Below are positions 30,542-42,368 of a stretch of DNA of 58,274 nucleotides, one piece after another. The first letter of the stretch is position 1; every line of letters starts with the position of its first letter. The DNA is taken from positions 1-58,274 of the forward strand of contig JAOOML010000001.1 in the NCBI GenBank assembly GCA_028409275.1, given 5' to 3'. The notes under the pieces were generated by a model. It was not told the DNA's origin. It worked only from the letters and a program-made list of their open reading frames with translations, and did no database searches. The stretch comes from Prochlorococcus sp. AH-716-I09. GTDB taxonomy: Bacteria > Cyanobacteriota > Cyanobacteriia > PCC-6307 > Cyanobiaceae. Made by a program: the position numbers and the translations under genes.

Positions 30542-31354
30542 ATGATTAAAAAAAGTAGATTAGACCTTTATCTTCTAAATAAAGGTTTATGTGAAACTCG
30601 TCAAAAAGCCCAAGGTTTAATTCTTGCGGGCAAGGTTAGAGATATCAATGGAAAAGTATTGGATAAACCTGGACAACAAGTATTAATTGGATCTGAGTTT
30701 TTTATTGATTCCGCACCTATGTTTGTATCAAGGGGCGGCGAAAAATTATTTGAGGCATTTAAAAAACTTGAAATTAAAGTTAAAGATAAAATATGTATTG
30801 ACGCAGGAATCTCTACTGGGGGATTTACTGATTGCTTATTGCAACAAGGAGCAAAGTTAGTTTATGGGATAGATGTTGGTTATGGACAAACTGCATGGAA
30901 GATTAGAAATAACCCAAAAGTCATACTTTTTGAACGAACAAATATTCGAAATTTAAAACCTAATGATCTTTTATCTAAAAGTAATGAATTACCAAATTTT
31001 GTGGTTGCTGATTTATCTTTTATTTCACTAAGGTTAGTTTTTAAATCTATTAGTAATTTATTAGTAGGCGATTATATAGAGGGAATATTTTTAATTAAAC
31101 CCCAATTTGAGGTAGGTAAAGATAAAGTTAGCAAAGGTGGCGTTGTTCGTAATCCTAAATTTCATACTGAGGCTATAGAGTCTGTTATTCATAGCGGTAA
31201 AATTTTTAAATGGAATATTAAGAATTTGATAGCTTCTCCTTTAGTAGGTCCTGCGGGAAATCATGAATATCTAGCTTGGATGGGCTTGAAAAGTGAATCA
31301 AATCCAAGGATTGATAGTGAATATATACAAAATTTAGTAAATGAAACCCTTTGA
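30542..31354 (+). CDS. tlyA: TlyA-family rRNA (cytidine-2'-O)-methyltransferase (S4 + FtsJ domains)
   Basis: RLD, VSRGGEKL, GISTGGFTDCLLQ, DLSFISL, IKPQFE and GNHEY. Confidence 0.92.
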   Translation: MIKKSRLDLYLLNKGLCETRQKAQGLILAGKVRDINGKVLDKPGQQVLIGSEFFIDSAPMFVSRGGEKLFEAFKKLEIKVKDKICIDAGISTGGFTDCLLQQGAKLVYGIDVGYGQTAWKIRNNPKVILFERTNIRNLKPNDLLSKSNELPNFVVADLSFISLRLVFKSISNLLVGDYIEGIFLIKPQFEVGKDKVSKGGVVRNPKFHTEAIESVIHSGKIFKWNIKNLIASPLVGPAGNHEYLAWMGLKSESNPRIDSEYIQNLVNETL

Positions 31355-31355
31355 A

Positions 31356-31718
<363 letters not shown>

Positions 31719-31964
31719 TTAATTGTTTTTCGGGAAAACATCCAACATTGAAATATCAGAAAAACATTTGATGTTAAGGCCTGCATTGGTGGCGTCTTCA
31801 ATTAATAATTTGGAATTTTTCTCAGAAATTATTACTGTACTATTTGATAATGCTTCCCACTGATCATTCTCGAAGTGTGTTTGAAGCCATAACATTCCGA
31901 TAGCACTTTTTGGTTGAAGAGACTTATTTAAATTGTTATCGATAGTTATCAAACAAATGTCCAT
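31719..31964 (-). CDS. Conserved hypothetical protein immediately upstream of glnB
   Basis: 81-aa ORF with a GMLWLQTHF...W motif, 24 nt from the glnB start on the same strand. Confidence 0.75.
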   Translation of the reverse strand: MDICLITIDNNLNKSLQPKSAIGMLWLQTHFENDQWEALSNSTVIISEKNSKLLIEDATNAGLNIKCFSDISMLDVFPKNN

Positions 31965-32015
31965 TAATCTTTTTTTGAACTAAACACATATAACCCTTTT
32001 GAATGGCCTTATGAA

Positions 32016-32031
32016 TGTCACAGTTGATACA
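32016..32031 (-). promoter_or_regulatory. Candidate NtcA-binding site upstream of hypothetical-glnB
   Basis: Minus strand reads TGTATCAACTGTGACA (GTA-N8-GAC, TGT-N10-ACA), about 50 nt before the ATG at 31964. The downstream -10 box is imperfect (TATATG). Confidence 0.5.
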
Positions 32032-32142
32032 AAATTAAGATCTCAGGGCTTTTGTCTTATTTTATTGTAATACTTAAGCTCTTTGAGATTTTTGCCAGTT
32101 TTGATCTTTTTATATAGGTTAAGTAAATAAGTTTTCCTAAAT

Positions 32143-32553
32143 ATGAGTACAGCGAAATTAAATGATTCGACACAAAGACCACTATATGGTGAAAGAATTA
32201 TTGAAGAATCAAAAATAATTTGTTTCGAGAATCCAAATAAGAAAAGAATTTATGAAATTTCTATTCAGTTACCTGAATTCACTTGTAAGTGCCCCTTTTC
32301 TGGTTATCCAGACTTCGCAAAGCTAAATATTATTTATCAACCTAATTTGAGAGTCTATGAGTTGAAGTCTTTAAAACTTTATATTAACAATTTTAGAGAT
32401 ATGAAGATATCACACGAGGAAGTTATTAATAGAATTATGGATGATTTAGTGAATGCAGGTTCACCTCACTGGATACATTTAAATGCTGCATTTAACCCAA
32501 GAGGAAATGTTTCTATGCAGTTAGATATTTTTAGTGGAAAGAAAAAAATTTAA
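32143..32553 (+). CDS. queF: PreQ1 synthase (NADPH-dependent 7-cyano-7-deazaguanine reductase), type I
   Basis: [27 protein letters not shown] and PRG motifs. Confidence 0.96.
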   Translation: MSTAKLNDSTQRPLYGERIIEESKIICFENPNKKRIYEISIQLPEFTCKCPFSGYPDFAKLNIIYQPNLRVYELKSLKLYINNFRDMKISHEEVINRIMDDLVNAGSPHWIHLNAAFNPRGNVSMQLDIFSGKKKI

Positions 32554-33836
32554 TTATTCTTTATTTCTTCTGATAATTTTAAAAATTCTTTTTTAAAACC
32601 AACTAGATTTTTATTGCTTAAACCTCCAACGGATAAATTTTTTGATTCTTTATTTAAATGAATCCACAGTTGATTAGTTGGAATAAGGCTAATTATTGTT
32701 CCAAAAATTATTAAGATAAAAGAAAAATAGATAAATGGTATAGATGGATCATTTTTAATTATTAATCCACTGCTGGGAATTATTTTTCTTAAAGATAATT
32801 TTGAAGAATTAACTTCCAACGGTTCTTCATTGAGATAGAGAATATTTTCGGAAAAATTTTCTATATTGGAAACTTTAAGTGGACCATTTTCATTATTTAA
32901 AGTTAGAAGGAAATTTTTTTTAGTATCTGGACCTAATTCAACTAAAACACCCCAAACTTGATTGCCTATTTCAGGTATCTCTTTTAATTTTAATTGATAA
33001 AGGATATTATCTATTTCTAAAACGACATTTGATATTGCCCAATCAGCTTGATAAATAGTTAATCCTTTAAACCTTATTGGGTGATTAACTTTAGCAGTTT
33101 TTATTTCGTTTAATTGTAAATCCGCAGAAGAAAAATCTAACTTTGAAATAAATTGCTTGGGTATACCATCACTCTCTCGTTCTATAGAAAAATCAATTAA
33201 TTTCACATTAGCTTTTGAGTTTGTGCTCTCATTAATAAGATCTAAGCTTTCTCCTGGCAACAAAAATTGTTCTTTTGATTGACTTGTGAAACTTCCATAT
33301 GCTGAACCTATAAGTAAGACTATTAAGCCAATATGCACAACTAAAGGACCTATTTTCCCAATTAAACCTCTTCTTGCAGAAATATTACTTTTAAATTTGT
33401 ATGTTTTCCATCCTTTTTTTTTAAGTAGTAAATCAGCTTTTGATATGAGGTCTTCATCTTCATTGATTTGGAAACTTGAAGTTAATTGCAGGTTGCTAAA
33501 TTTTTTTTCGTTCTTATATTCAATCCATTTTAGTGAAGCTTTTAAGGAAGGAATTTGTCTCCTGAAACTGCAAGCTGCAAGAGAAACGCAAAGAAGAATT
33601 AATGCAAATAAAAACCAAAAGCTTGTATATACATGATCCAATTGAAGTTTTAAGACATTTTCTCCATTTAAAAATCCAAAAATTGGAGCATTATTGAAAA
33701 TATCAATGTAAAATTTTTTATTATTACCTTGAGGTATGAAAGTTCCTATGCCACTTGAAATGGCTATGAAGATTATTAGTGAAATTGCAAATCTTAAACT
33801 TGATATTTTTAAAATTAAATTCTTAAAAATAATCAT
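32550..33836 (-). CDS. ccs1: Cytochrome c biogenesis protein Ccs1/CcsB (ResB family)
   Basis: [36 protein letters not shown] and VNHP motifs. Confidence 0.92.
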   Translation of the reverse strand: MIIFKNLILKISSLRFAISLIIFIAISSGIGTFIPQGNNKKFYIDIFNNAPIFGFLNGENVLKLQLDHVYTSFWFLFALILLCVSLAACSFRRQIPSLKASLKWIEYKNEKKFSNLQLTSSFQINEDEDLISKADLLLKKKGWKTYKFKSNISARRGLIGKIGPLVVHIGLIVLLIGSAYGSFTSQSKEQFLLPGESLDLINESTNSKANVKLIDFSIERESDGIPKQFISKLDFSSADLQLNEIKTAKVNHPIRFKGLTIYQADWAISNVVLEIDNILYQLKLKEIPEIGNQVWGVLVELGPDTKKNFLLTLNNENGPLKVSNIENFSENILYLNEEPLEVNSSKLSLRKIIPSSGLIIKNDPSIPFIYFSFILIIFGTIISLIPTNQLWIHLNKESKNLSVGGLSNKNLVGFKKEFLKLSEEIKNN

Positions 33837-34493
33837 TTAAATCCAATTTGAAAATAAATTTAATAATCCTAGGGAAACTAAAAATATCCCACTTAAGGTG
33901 GGAATTATTTGACTAAATTTTCTAAGCTCTAAAAATTTTTTCAAGTTTTCTGCAGTAGCTCCTGCAACTATTAATGGAGTTACTTGACCTATTCCAAAGA
34001 AGAATAAAAAAATGATAGAGATTGTAGGGTTTTTAGCTTGCGATACCCAAGCCAGAAGAGTTGCTAAAACTGGAGTAATGCAAGGTGAAGAGGCTAACCC
34101 AAAAGTAGTTCCTATCGCAAAAGGTGCTAGAAATGTTGGTATTTTATCTTCAATGATTTTTAAATCAGGTCCATTTGGAAACTGAAACTTTAGAATTCCT
34201 AATAAATTTAAACCCATTATTATTGCTATCAAGGCAACAAGCGAAGTATAAAAAGATGGAATTTGTCCGTATATTTTACCTAAGAAACCACTAGCAGCTC
34301 CAAGTGCTACGAGTGCAAAAACGACTCCTCCTGAAAAACTAATAAGTTTAAATTTATTTTTTTCTGTTCCTCCTATATAAGCAATTGTTATTGGAAGTAA
34401 AGATAATGAACATGGCCCAAGACTTGTTAAAAGTCCTGCGCTGAAAACCAAAAATATAGTAAGTGGGCCAGGATTATTAAGACCATTCTGCAT
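33837..34493 (-). CDS. ccdA: Cytochrome c biogenesis protein CcdA (DsbD transmembrane domain)
   Basis: TSLGPC and ASSPCITP redox cysteines; about six transmembrane helices. The N-terminus may extend further upstream (see findings). Confidence 0.93.
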   Translation of the reverse strand: MQNGLNNPGPLTIFLVFSAGLLTSLGPCSLSLLPITIAYIGGTEKNKFKLISFSGGVVFALVALGAASGFLGKIYGQIPSFYTSLVALIAIIMGLNLLGILKFQFPNGPDLKIIEDKIPTFLAPFAIGTTFGLASSPCITPVLATLLAWVSQAKNPTISIIFLFFFGIGQVTPLIVAGATAENLKKFLELRKFSQIIPTLSGIFLVSLGLLNLFSNWI

Positions 34494-34575
34494 AAGCAGA
34501 TTACCCTTTTGAGATAATTCTGAAATAACTAAATTAAATGATTCGATAACTTAATTTAAATTTTCTAAATTCTAA

Positions 34576-35811
34576 CTAATTAAGAGCCTTTCGTGTACTA
34601 ATCATACCAATAAATCCTGTTGATTCTAATGAACATCTCAGTAACATACCTGCAATAAAAAAAGATGCGATCAATGAATTCCCTCCATAACTAATGAAAG
34701 GTAGTGGTAAACCTGTAGTAGGCATTGAACCTGTTGCTACAGCAACATGCATTATTGATTGACCTGTCAACAATACACCAGATCCGATAGCAACTAATTT
34801 TGTATAGTTGTTTCTGCATTTAAGAGCAATTCTTAGGCTTACATAAGAAAAAACTGCTAAAAAACCTAAGAATAAAGTACACCCAAATAAACCAAATTCT
34901 TCCGCAAAAATGGCAAAAATAAAATCTGTATACATAAAAGGTAGGTACTGTAATTTTTGTATTGACAGCCCAAAACCTTGTCCAAACAACCCACCTGAAC
35001 CTATAGCTAATAAACTCTGAACTAATTGAAATCCACTTTCCTGTTGATCTTTCCAAGGATTAATAAATGAAGTAACTCTAAGTTTTTGATATTCGTTATT
35101 AAGAATACTAATACATCCAGTAATGAATCCAAATGAGGCAAATGAGCAAAGAGAACTAATTTTTACGCCCCCACATAAACCCATAACCCAAAAAAGAATT
35201 CCAGTTAATGATGCAGTACTTAAATTAGGCTGCTTTAGTATCAATAGAATTAATAAACCAAATGAGATTATTGTAATTAATTTTTTATCATTATTTATCA
35301 GATTCCAATGAGCGAAAAGGTTAGATGCTTCTAAGATTAGGAAAGGTTTAATTAATTCAGATGGTTGCAGACGAAAAATTCCTAGTTCTAGCCATCTTGA
35401 AGATCCATTTACTGTGATTCCATTAATATTGGTCAGGAAAATCAAGAAGAATAAAATATAAAAAATAACTCTTGAAAACTTTAAAAGACTTCTTATGTTT
35501 GTATTGAGAACATAATAAAATAAACCCAAACCTGGAATTGTCCAAATAATTTGTTTTTTTAAAAAGTAAGCCCAATTTCCCATTTCCTTACTAGCCACCC
35601 ACCAACTTGATGATCCTAAAATAAATATTCCTAAAATTGACCAAATTCCAATTAGCATAACGAGGATTTTTGCCTCATAAGGCCATATTTTCCAATGCAA
35701 GGGAAATATAAACTCTATTAAATTATTTTGATTCTTTTTGTTAGGAGAACTAAGGGATTTTTTTCTTTTAGAAATTCTTTTATATTTAATTTTTTCTTGA
35801 CTTATCTCCAA
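34576..35811 (-). CDS. ftsW: SEDS-family peptidoglycan glycosyltransferase FtsW
   Basis: NGSSRW, QPSE, QPNL, GFQLVQSLLAIGSGG, TDFIFAIFAEE and PTTGLPLPFISYGG. Confidence 0.92.
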   Translation of the reverse strand: MEISQEKIKYKRISKRKKSLSSPNKKNQNNLIEFIFPLHWKIWPYEAKILVMLIGIWSILGIFILGSSSWWVASKEMGNWAYFLKKQIIWTIPGLGLFYYVLNTNIRSLLKFSRVIFYILFFLIFLTNINGITVNGSSRWLELGIFRLQPSELIKPFLILEASNLFAHWNLINNDKKLITIISFGLLILLILKQPNLSTASLTGILFWVMGLCGGVKISSLCSFASFGFITGCISILNNEYQKLRVTSFINPWKDQQESGFQLVQSLLAIGSGGLFGQGFGLSIQKLQYLPFMYTDFIFAIFAEEFGLFGCTLFLGFLAVFSYVSLRIALKCRNNYTKLVAIGSGVLLTGQSIMHVAVATGSMPTTGLPLPFISYGGNSLIASFFIAGMLLRCSLESTGFIGMISTRKALN

Positions 35812-36075
35812 TTGTTTAGATGTATATGTACTATTGAGACGTTTAAATGAGAATTTGCCAAGTCTTTTATCAATGTTTTGAAGTGTAAATCAACTAAAAA
35901 GATGACTTTTTTAAAATTTATTCTTTAAGAATAAAGAAAAAAATCGGGTATAGACTCATCATAAATCTTAAGAATTAATTTTTTATAGAAAAAAACTAGC
36001 TAAAAGGTACCTCTCCGTGATAGATTCCGTGAGTTTATATACTTACTCCAAATCATTCAGAGGGGCTTCTAAACT

Positions 36076-36552
36076 ATGTTCACACCAGTGGACTCAAATA
36101 GAAAAAAACTTGAACATCCTTCTTATGAGAATGTTCAATTATCTCATTCCCTAGATAATTCGATCATCAAAGAAAGTAAATCTGGCATTGCCAATCAAAT
36201 AGATAATTTACTTTCTAAAAACGATGAATACACAAAATTGCAATTAACAATTTTTGGAATTACTTTTGTTGTTTCTATTTTACTAGCATCAATAACTGGA
36301 ATTTTTCTCGGATTTACTTTTGGTTTTAGTATTTTTATAGGCGCAATTGCTGGTATTTTTTACTTACGTTTGCTTGCTAAAAGTTTAGGAAAACTTGGTA
36401 AAGAATCATCAGGTGTATCAAAATTGCAACTATTGGTTCCAGTTTGCCTCTTTATTTTTGCGAGCAAGCTAGGATCTTTGGATATTTTTCCTTCAATGAT
36501 AGGTTTTTTTCTCTATAAACCTTCACTAATTTTTTATTTTTCACGTTCTTAA
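36076..36552 (+). CDS. atp1: ATP synthase protein I (Atp1/UncI)
   Basis: Hydrophobic protein with YLRLLA and GFFLYKP; first gene of the atp operon, preceded by an AGAGGGG purine tract. Confidence 0.85.
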   Translation: MFTPVDSNRKKLEHPSYENVQLSHSLDNSIIKESKSGIANQIDNLLSKNDEYTKLQLTIFGITFVVSILLASITGIFLGFTFGFSIFIGAIAGIFYLRLLAKSLGKLGKESSGVSKLQLLVPVCLFIFASKLGSLDIFPSMIGFFLYKPSLIFYFSRS

Positions 36553-36574
36553 GTAAATTTTTTTTTCAAAACAA

Positions 36575-37300
36575 ATGTTTTTTAATTCCTTGCTAACAAA
36601 TTTTGCAGCATTAGAAGTTGGTCAACATCTTTATTGGCAAATTGGAAATATCAGACTTCATGGACAGGTATTTTTAACATCTTGGATTTTACTAGGAGCT
36701 TTATTAGTTTTTATTTCTTTAGGAACTAAAAAAATGGAAAATGATCCTAAAGGCCTTCAAAACTTGCTTGAGTTCCTCTGGGATTACATAAGAGATCTTG
36801 CTAGAACGCAAATAGGTGAAAAAGTTTATAGAGATTGGATGCCATTTATAGGTACTTTATTTTTATTCGTCTTTGTTAGTAATTGGGGAGGAGCTTTAAT
36901 TCCTTGGAGATTGATTAAGTTACCAAGTGGAGAATTGGGAGCACCTACTGCAGATATCAATACAACTATAGCCCTGGCTTTATTGGTTTCACTTTCTTAT
37001 TTCTATGCAGGTTTAAGCAATAAGGGTTGGAGATACTTCGAATACTATGTACACCCAACTCCGATTATGCTTCCTTTCAAAATTCTAGAAGACTTTACGA
37101 AACCTCTATCACTTTCTTTCAGACTATTTGGAAATATTCTGGCTGATGAACTTGTTGTTGGTGTTTTAGTCTTTTTAGTTCCTCTAATTCTTCCTATACC
37201 TGTTATGTTTCTAGGATTGTTTACTAGTGCTATTCAGGCATTGATTTTCGCAACTCTTGCTGCCTACTACATTGGAGAAGCTGTTGAAGAACATCATTAG
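36575..37300 (+). CDS. atpB: F0 ATP synthase subunit a
   Basis: [14 protein letters not shown] and [12 protein letters not shown] (essential Arg). Confidence 0.98.
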   Translation: MFFNSLLTNFAALEVGQHLYWQIGNIRLHGQVFLTSWILLGALLVFISLGTKKMENDPKGLQNLLEFLWDYIRDLARTQIGEKVYRDWMPFIGTLFLFVFVSNWGGALIPWRLIKLPSGELGAPTADINTTIALALLVSLSYFYAGLSNKGWRYFEYYVHPTPIMLPFKILEDFTKPLSLSFRLFGNILADELVVGVLVFLVPLILPIPVMFLGLFTSAIQALIFATLAAYYIGEAVEEHH

Positions 37301-37360
37301 CTGTCTTCTAATTCATTCAGGCGCTTTTACAAAGTGTCTGTAATCTGGCAAAATATCTAA

Positions 37361-37417
37361 TCGCGTAGGTCTGAAAATATCAGACCCATTCTTAAATTAA
37401 AGGATGTCCAAGCGTGT
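37361..37417 (+). ncRNA. ATPC RNA motif (cyanobacterial cis-element between subunit a and subunit c genes)
   Basis: Three-way junction visible by eye: GGTCTGA/TCAGACC (37368-37386) and CATTCTT/AAGGATG (37387-37406), closed by CGCGT/GCGTG (37362-37366 with 37412-37416). The location matches the known ATPC motif. Boundaries are approximate. Confidence 0.75.
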
Positions 37418-37447
37418 ATGACAAAAAAGATTTATCACAAGTATTAA

Positions 37448-37711
<264 letters not shown>

Positions 37712-37716
37712 AAGTT

Positions 37717-37747
37717 AATATTGCTTCTACTCCTTATTAGCAATATT
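37717..37747 (+). other. Stem-loop directly downstream of atpE (possible mRNA stabiliser or partial terminator)
   Basis: Perfect 9-bp inverted repeat AATATTGCT/AGCAATATT with a 13-nt loop. Confidence 0.4.
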
Positions 37748-37779
37748 TAAATTTAATCTTTTAACTTCAACTGAATCAT

Positions 37780-38241
37780 ATGTTGGCCTTTAATTTTTTT
37801 GGTGCTACCGAAGGTGGATTATTTGATATAAATGCCACTTTGCCACTAATGGCAATACAAGTAGTTGCTCTCACTTACATATTAAATTCTCTCTTTTTTA
37901 AGCCTGTTGGCAATGTTGTTGAAAAAAGAGAAAAGTTTGTAAGTAATAACATTATTGAGGCCAAAAATAAGCTTTCAGAGGTTAAAAAATTAGAAGCTGA
38001 TTTAATGACTCAGCTTCAAAGTGCTCGTTCAGAAGCTCAAAGAATTGTGGGCGAAGCTGAAAATGAGTCTGACAAGCTTTATAAAGAAGCACTAGAACTT
38101 GCTAACAACGAAGCAAATGCTTCAAAAGAAAAAGCAAGACTAGAAATTGAAAGTCAGACATCTGCTGCTCGTGATCAACTTTCTAAACAGGCTGATGATT
38201 TAAGCGAACTTATTGTTAATAGACTGATTCTAGAAAAATGA
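37780..38241 (+). CDS. atpF2: F0 ATP synthase subunit b'
   Basis: [16 protein letters not shown] and FFKPV followed by a coiled coil; operon position. Confidence 0.95.
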   Translation: MLAFNFFGATEGGLFDINATLPLMAIQVVALTYILNSLFFKPVGNVVEKREKFVSNNIIEAKNKLSEVKKLEADLMTQLQSARSEAQRIVGEAENESDKLYKEALELANNEANASKEKARLEIESQTSAARDQLSKQADDLSELIVNRLILEK

Positions 38242-38750
38242 ATTTAACTCTTTTAGCTACAGAAGGTTTTGGATTAAATTTCGATTTATTCGAAACTAAT
38301 ATCCTTAATTGGGCTGTAGTGGTTTTTGGCCTTTATAAATTTTTGCCTGGTTTCTTAGGTAAAATGCTTCAAAAAAGAAGAGAAGGAATTCTTCTTGAAT
38401 TAAAAGATGCTGAAGATCGACTTCTCAATGCAACTCAAGCTTTAGAGAAGGCAAAGAAAGACTTATCTTTAGCAGAAGAAAAAGCTTCTCAAATAAAAGC
38501 AGATTCTCTCAAAAGATCTGAATCAATCAGAATGGAAAGTGAGAAAAAAGCAATCGAAGAGATGGCACGAATTAAACAAAGTGCAATTTCCGATGAGAGC
38601 TCTGAAGCATCCAGAGCAATTTCTCAACTTCGTAAAGAAGCTGTTGAATTAGCAATTAAGAAAGCTTTAGATTCTCTCCCAAATAGACTTGATAAAACAA
38701 CACAAGAAAATTTGGTCACTCAATCAATTATCAATATTGAGGAGAACTAA
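38238..38750 (+). CDS. atpF: F0 ATP synthase subunit b
   Basis: [14 protein letters not shown] followed by a coiled coil; operon position. Confidence 0.95.
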   Translation: MNLTLLATEGFGLNFDLFETNILNWAVVVFGLYKFLPGFLGKMLQKRREGILLELKDAEDRLLNATQALEKAKKDLSLAEEKASQIKADSLKRSESIRMESEKKAIEEMARIKQSAISDESSEASRAISQLRKEAVELAIKKALDSLPNRLDKTTQENLVTQSIINIEEN

Positions 38751-39292
38751 TGCCCCTTTTAAATTCAGTTACTACACCATATGCAGAGGCATTACTTCAA
38801 GTTGTGAATGAAAATTCGCAAACTGAAGAAATTGTTTCTGAGGTTAAACAACTTTTAGAATTATTAAACGATTCCCTTGAATTGGAGAAGGCACTTTCCT
38901 CTCCTGTTTTAGAAACAGATGCTAAGAAGAAAATCATTATTGAAATTTTTTCAAACAAGGTAAATTCTTCTTTACTGAATTTCTTAAAATTATTGGCCGA
39001 TAGGCAAAGAATTGGAATTCTTACTTCTATTCTTGATAGGTTTTTAGAGATTTATCGAGAAAGTAGTAATATTGCTTTGGCAACTGTTACTTCAGCAGTC
39101 GAGCTTACTGATGAGCAGAAAGGTTTAATTACTCAAAAGATCATCAATATAGCAGGAACTGAAAAATTAGAACTTGTAACTAAAATTGACCCATCTCTTA
39201 TTGGTGGTTTCGTCGCCAGTGTAGGATCAAAAGTAATTGATGCTTCCATTGCTTCACAAATTAGAAAACTTGGTTTGTCACTTTCCAAGTAA
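38750..39292 (+). CDS. atpH: F1 ATP synthase subunit delta
   Basis: PYAEAL, FLKLLADRQR, DPSLIGG and VIDAS. Confidence 0.96.
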   Translation: MPLLNSVTTPYAEALLQVVNENSQTEEIVSEVKQLLELLNDSLELEKALSSPVLETDAKKKIIIEIFSNKVNSSLLNFLKLLADRQRIGILTSILDRFLEIYRESSNIALATVTSAVELTDEQKGLITQKIINIAGTEKLELVTKIDPSLIGGFVASVGSKVIDASIASQIRKLGLSLSK

Positions 39293-39310
39293 CTTTTAAA
39301 TCAACCTTAA

Positions 39311-40840
<1,530 letters not shown>

Positions 40841-40859
40841 ATTTATTTAAGGAAATATC

Positions 40860-41810
40860 ATGGCAAATCTTAAAGAAATTAGAGATCGAATAGTTTCTGT
40901 TAAAAATACACGAAAAATAACAGAAGCTATGAGATTAGTTGCAGCTGCAAAAGTTAGAAGGGCACAAGATCAAGTTCTTAAGAGTAGGCCTTTTGCAGAT
41001 AAACTTGCTCGGGTTTTAGAAAATATTCAATCTAGAGTTCAGTTTGAAGCTGTAGATTCTCCTCTTCTATCAAAGAGAGATGTAAAAACAATTTCTTTGG
41101 TATGCATAACTGCTGATAGAGGATTATGTGGAGGATACAATACCAACATAATCAAGAAGGTGGAAATTAGGTATGCAGAGCTGATTAAACAAGGTTATGA
41201 ACCAAATTTGATCTTAGTTGGTAAAAAGGCAATAGGTTATTTCCAAAATAGGAAAGATAGATACACAATTAAAAGCACATTTAAAGAGCTGGAACAGGTA
41301 CCAACTACAACAGATTCTGAGGGGATAACAAGTGAAGTCTTAGCTGAATTTCTTTCAGAAAATTCTGATAGGGTAGAAATTATATATACGAAATTCATCA
41401 CTCTAGTTAGCTGCGCCCCTGTCGTTCAAACACTACTGCCCCTTGATCCTCAAGGTATTGCAGATGAAAATGATGAAATTTTTAGGTTAACAACTAAAGA
41501 TAGTAAGTTACTTGTTGAAAAATCAAATATTGAAAAAAGTGATTCAGAGAAGTTGCCATCAGATATTGTTTTTGAGCAAAGTCCTGATCAACTATTAGAT
41601 TCGTTGTTACCATTATATTTACAGAACCAGGTACTAAGAGCTCTTCAAGAGTCGGCTGCTTCAGAACTCGCTTGCAGGATGACTGCTATGAATAATGCGA
41701 GTGATAATGCTAAAGAATTAGCAAGTACTTTGAATCTAACCTATAACAAAGCCAGACAAGCAGCTATTACTCAAGAAATATTAGAAGTTGTAGGAGGTTC
41801 AGCTGTTTAG
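40860..41810 (+). CDS. atpG: F1 ATP synthase subunit gamma
   Basis: KITEAMRLVAAAK, DRGLCG and RQAAITQEILE; cyanobacterial insertion (DEIFRLTTK). Confidence 0.98.
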   Translation: MANLKEIRDRIVSVKNTRKITEAMRLVAAAKVRRAQDQVLKSRPFADKLARVLENIQSRVQFEAVDSPLLSKRDVKTISLVCITADRGLCGGYNTNIIKKVEIRYAELIKQGYEPNLILVGKKAIGYFQNRKDRYTIKSTFKELEQVPTTTDSEGITSEVLAEFLSENSDRVEIIYTKFITLVSCAPVVQTLLPLDPQGIADENDEIFRLTTKDSKLLVEKSNIEKSDSEKLPSDIVFEQSPDQLLDSLLPLYLQNQVLRALQESAASELACRMTAMNNASDNAKELASTLNLTYNKARQAAITQEILEVVGGSAV

Positions 41811-41826
41811 AAATAAGATTTAGGAT

Positions 41827-42153
41827 ATGCCTGAATACAATATCAAAGTTCAATTTGAGCAAAAGACTTTTAGTTTTTTATGTTCTGAAGATCAAGATAT
41901 TATTTCAGCGGCAAAAATTAATGGAATAGATTTACCAAGTAGTTGTTGTTCAGGAGTTTGTACAGATTGTGCATCCATGATATTGGAAGGATCTGTAGAT
42001 CAAGAAGATGCTATGGGATTAAATGATGATTTGAGGGAAAAGGGCTTTGCACTTTTGTGTGTGGCATATCCCAAGTCAGATTTGAATATTGTTATTGGTA
42101 AAGAAGTCGAAGATGATTTATATAATGATCAATTTGGTAAATATCAAAAATGA
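41827..42153 (+). CDS. [2Fe-2S] ferredoxin with short C-terminal extension (Fed3/FdC1-like)
   Basis: LPSSCCSGVCTDC...LLCVAYP and a C-terminal YNDQFG tail. Confidence 0.9.
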   Translation: MPEYNIKVQFEQKTFSFLCSEDQDIISAAKINGIDLPSSCCSGVCTDCASMILEGSVDQEDAMGLNDDLREKGFALLCVAYPKSDLNIVIGKEVEDDLYNDQFGKYQK

Positions 42154-42350
42154 AATTAAGTTCAGTTGATTTTTATTTAGATTGGCCAGTTTCAATAAAA
42201 TTAAAAAATTTAAGGGAATTTATTGTTGCAAATTTAGAAAAAAAAGGTGATGTAATTCGATGGTCAATTGTTGATATTCAAAATTCTATTGACTCTTATG
42301 GAACAAAAAAACTTAAAATTAAAGCTGTCTTAGCAAATTTAAAAATATAA
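42150..42350 (+). CDS. Conserved hypothetical protein, 66 aa
   Basis: ATGA overlap with the ferredoxin stop; GDVIRWSIV motif; fills the gap before DUF3326. Confidence 0.7.
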   Translation: MKLSSVDFYLDWPVSIKLKNLREFIVANLEKKGDVIRWSIVDIQNSIDSYGTKKLKIKAVLANLKI

Positions 42351-42368
42351 ATTGAAATATTTTTAATA

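Noticed and set aside
30542-31354. tlyA (and the CNNM gene at 46915-47898) as haemolysins or toxins
   Set aside because: These are legacy names. The motifs indicate an rRNA methyltransferase and a CBS-domain metal transport protein.
31965-32142. preQ1 riboswitch upstream of queF
   Set aside because: No recognisable preQ1-I stem-loop with its A-rich tail.
36029-36154. GTG-initiated out-of-frame ORF overlapping the atp1 start (possible frameshift or leader peptide)
   Set aside because: atp1 has its own purine-rich RBS and ATG. The GTG lies at or before the probable transcription start, and the peptide shows no recognisable similarity.
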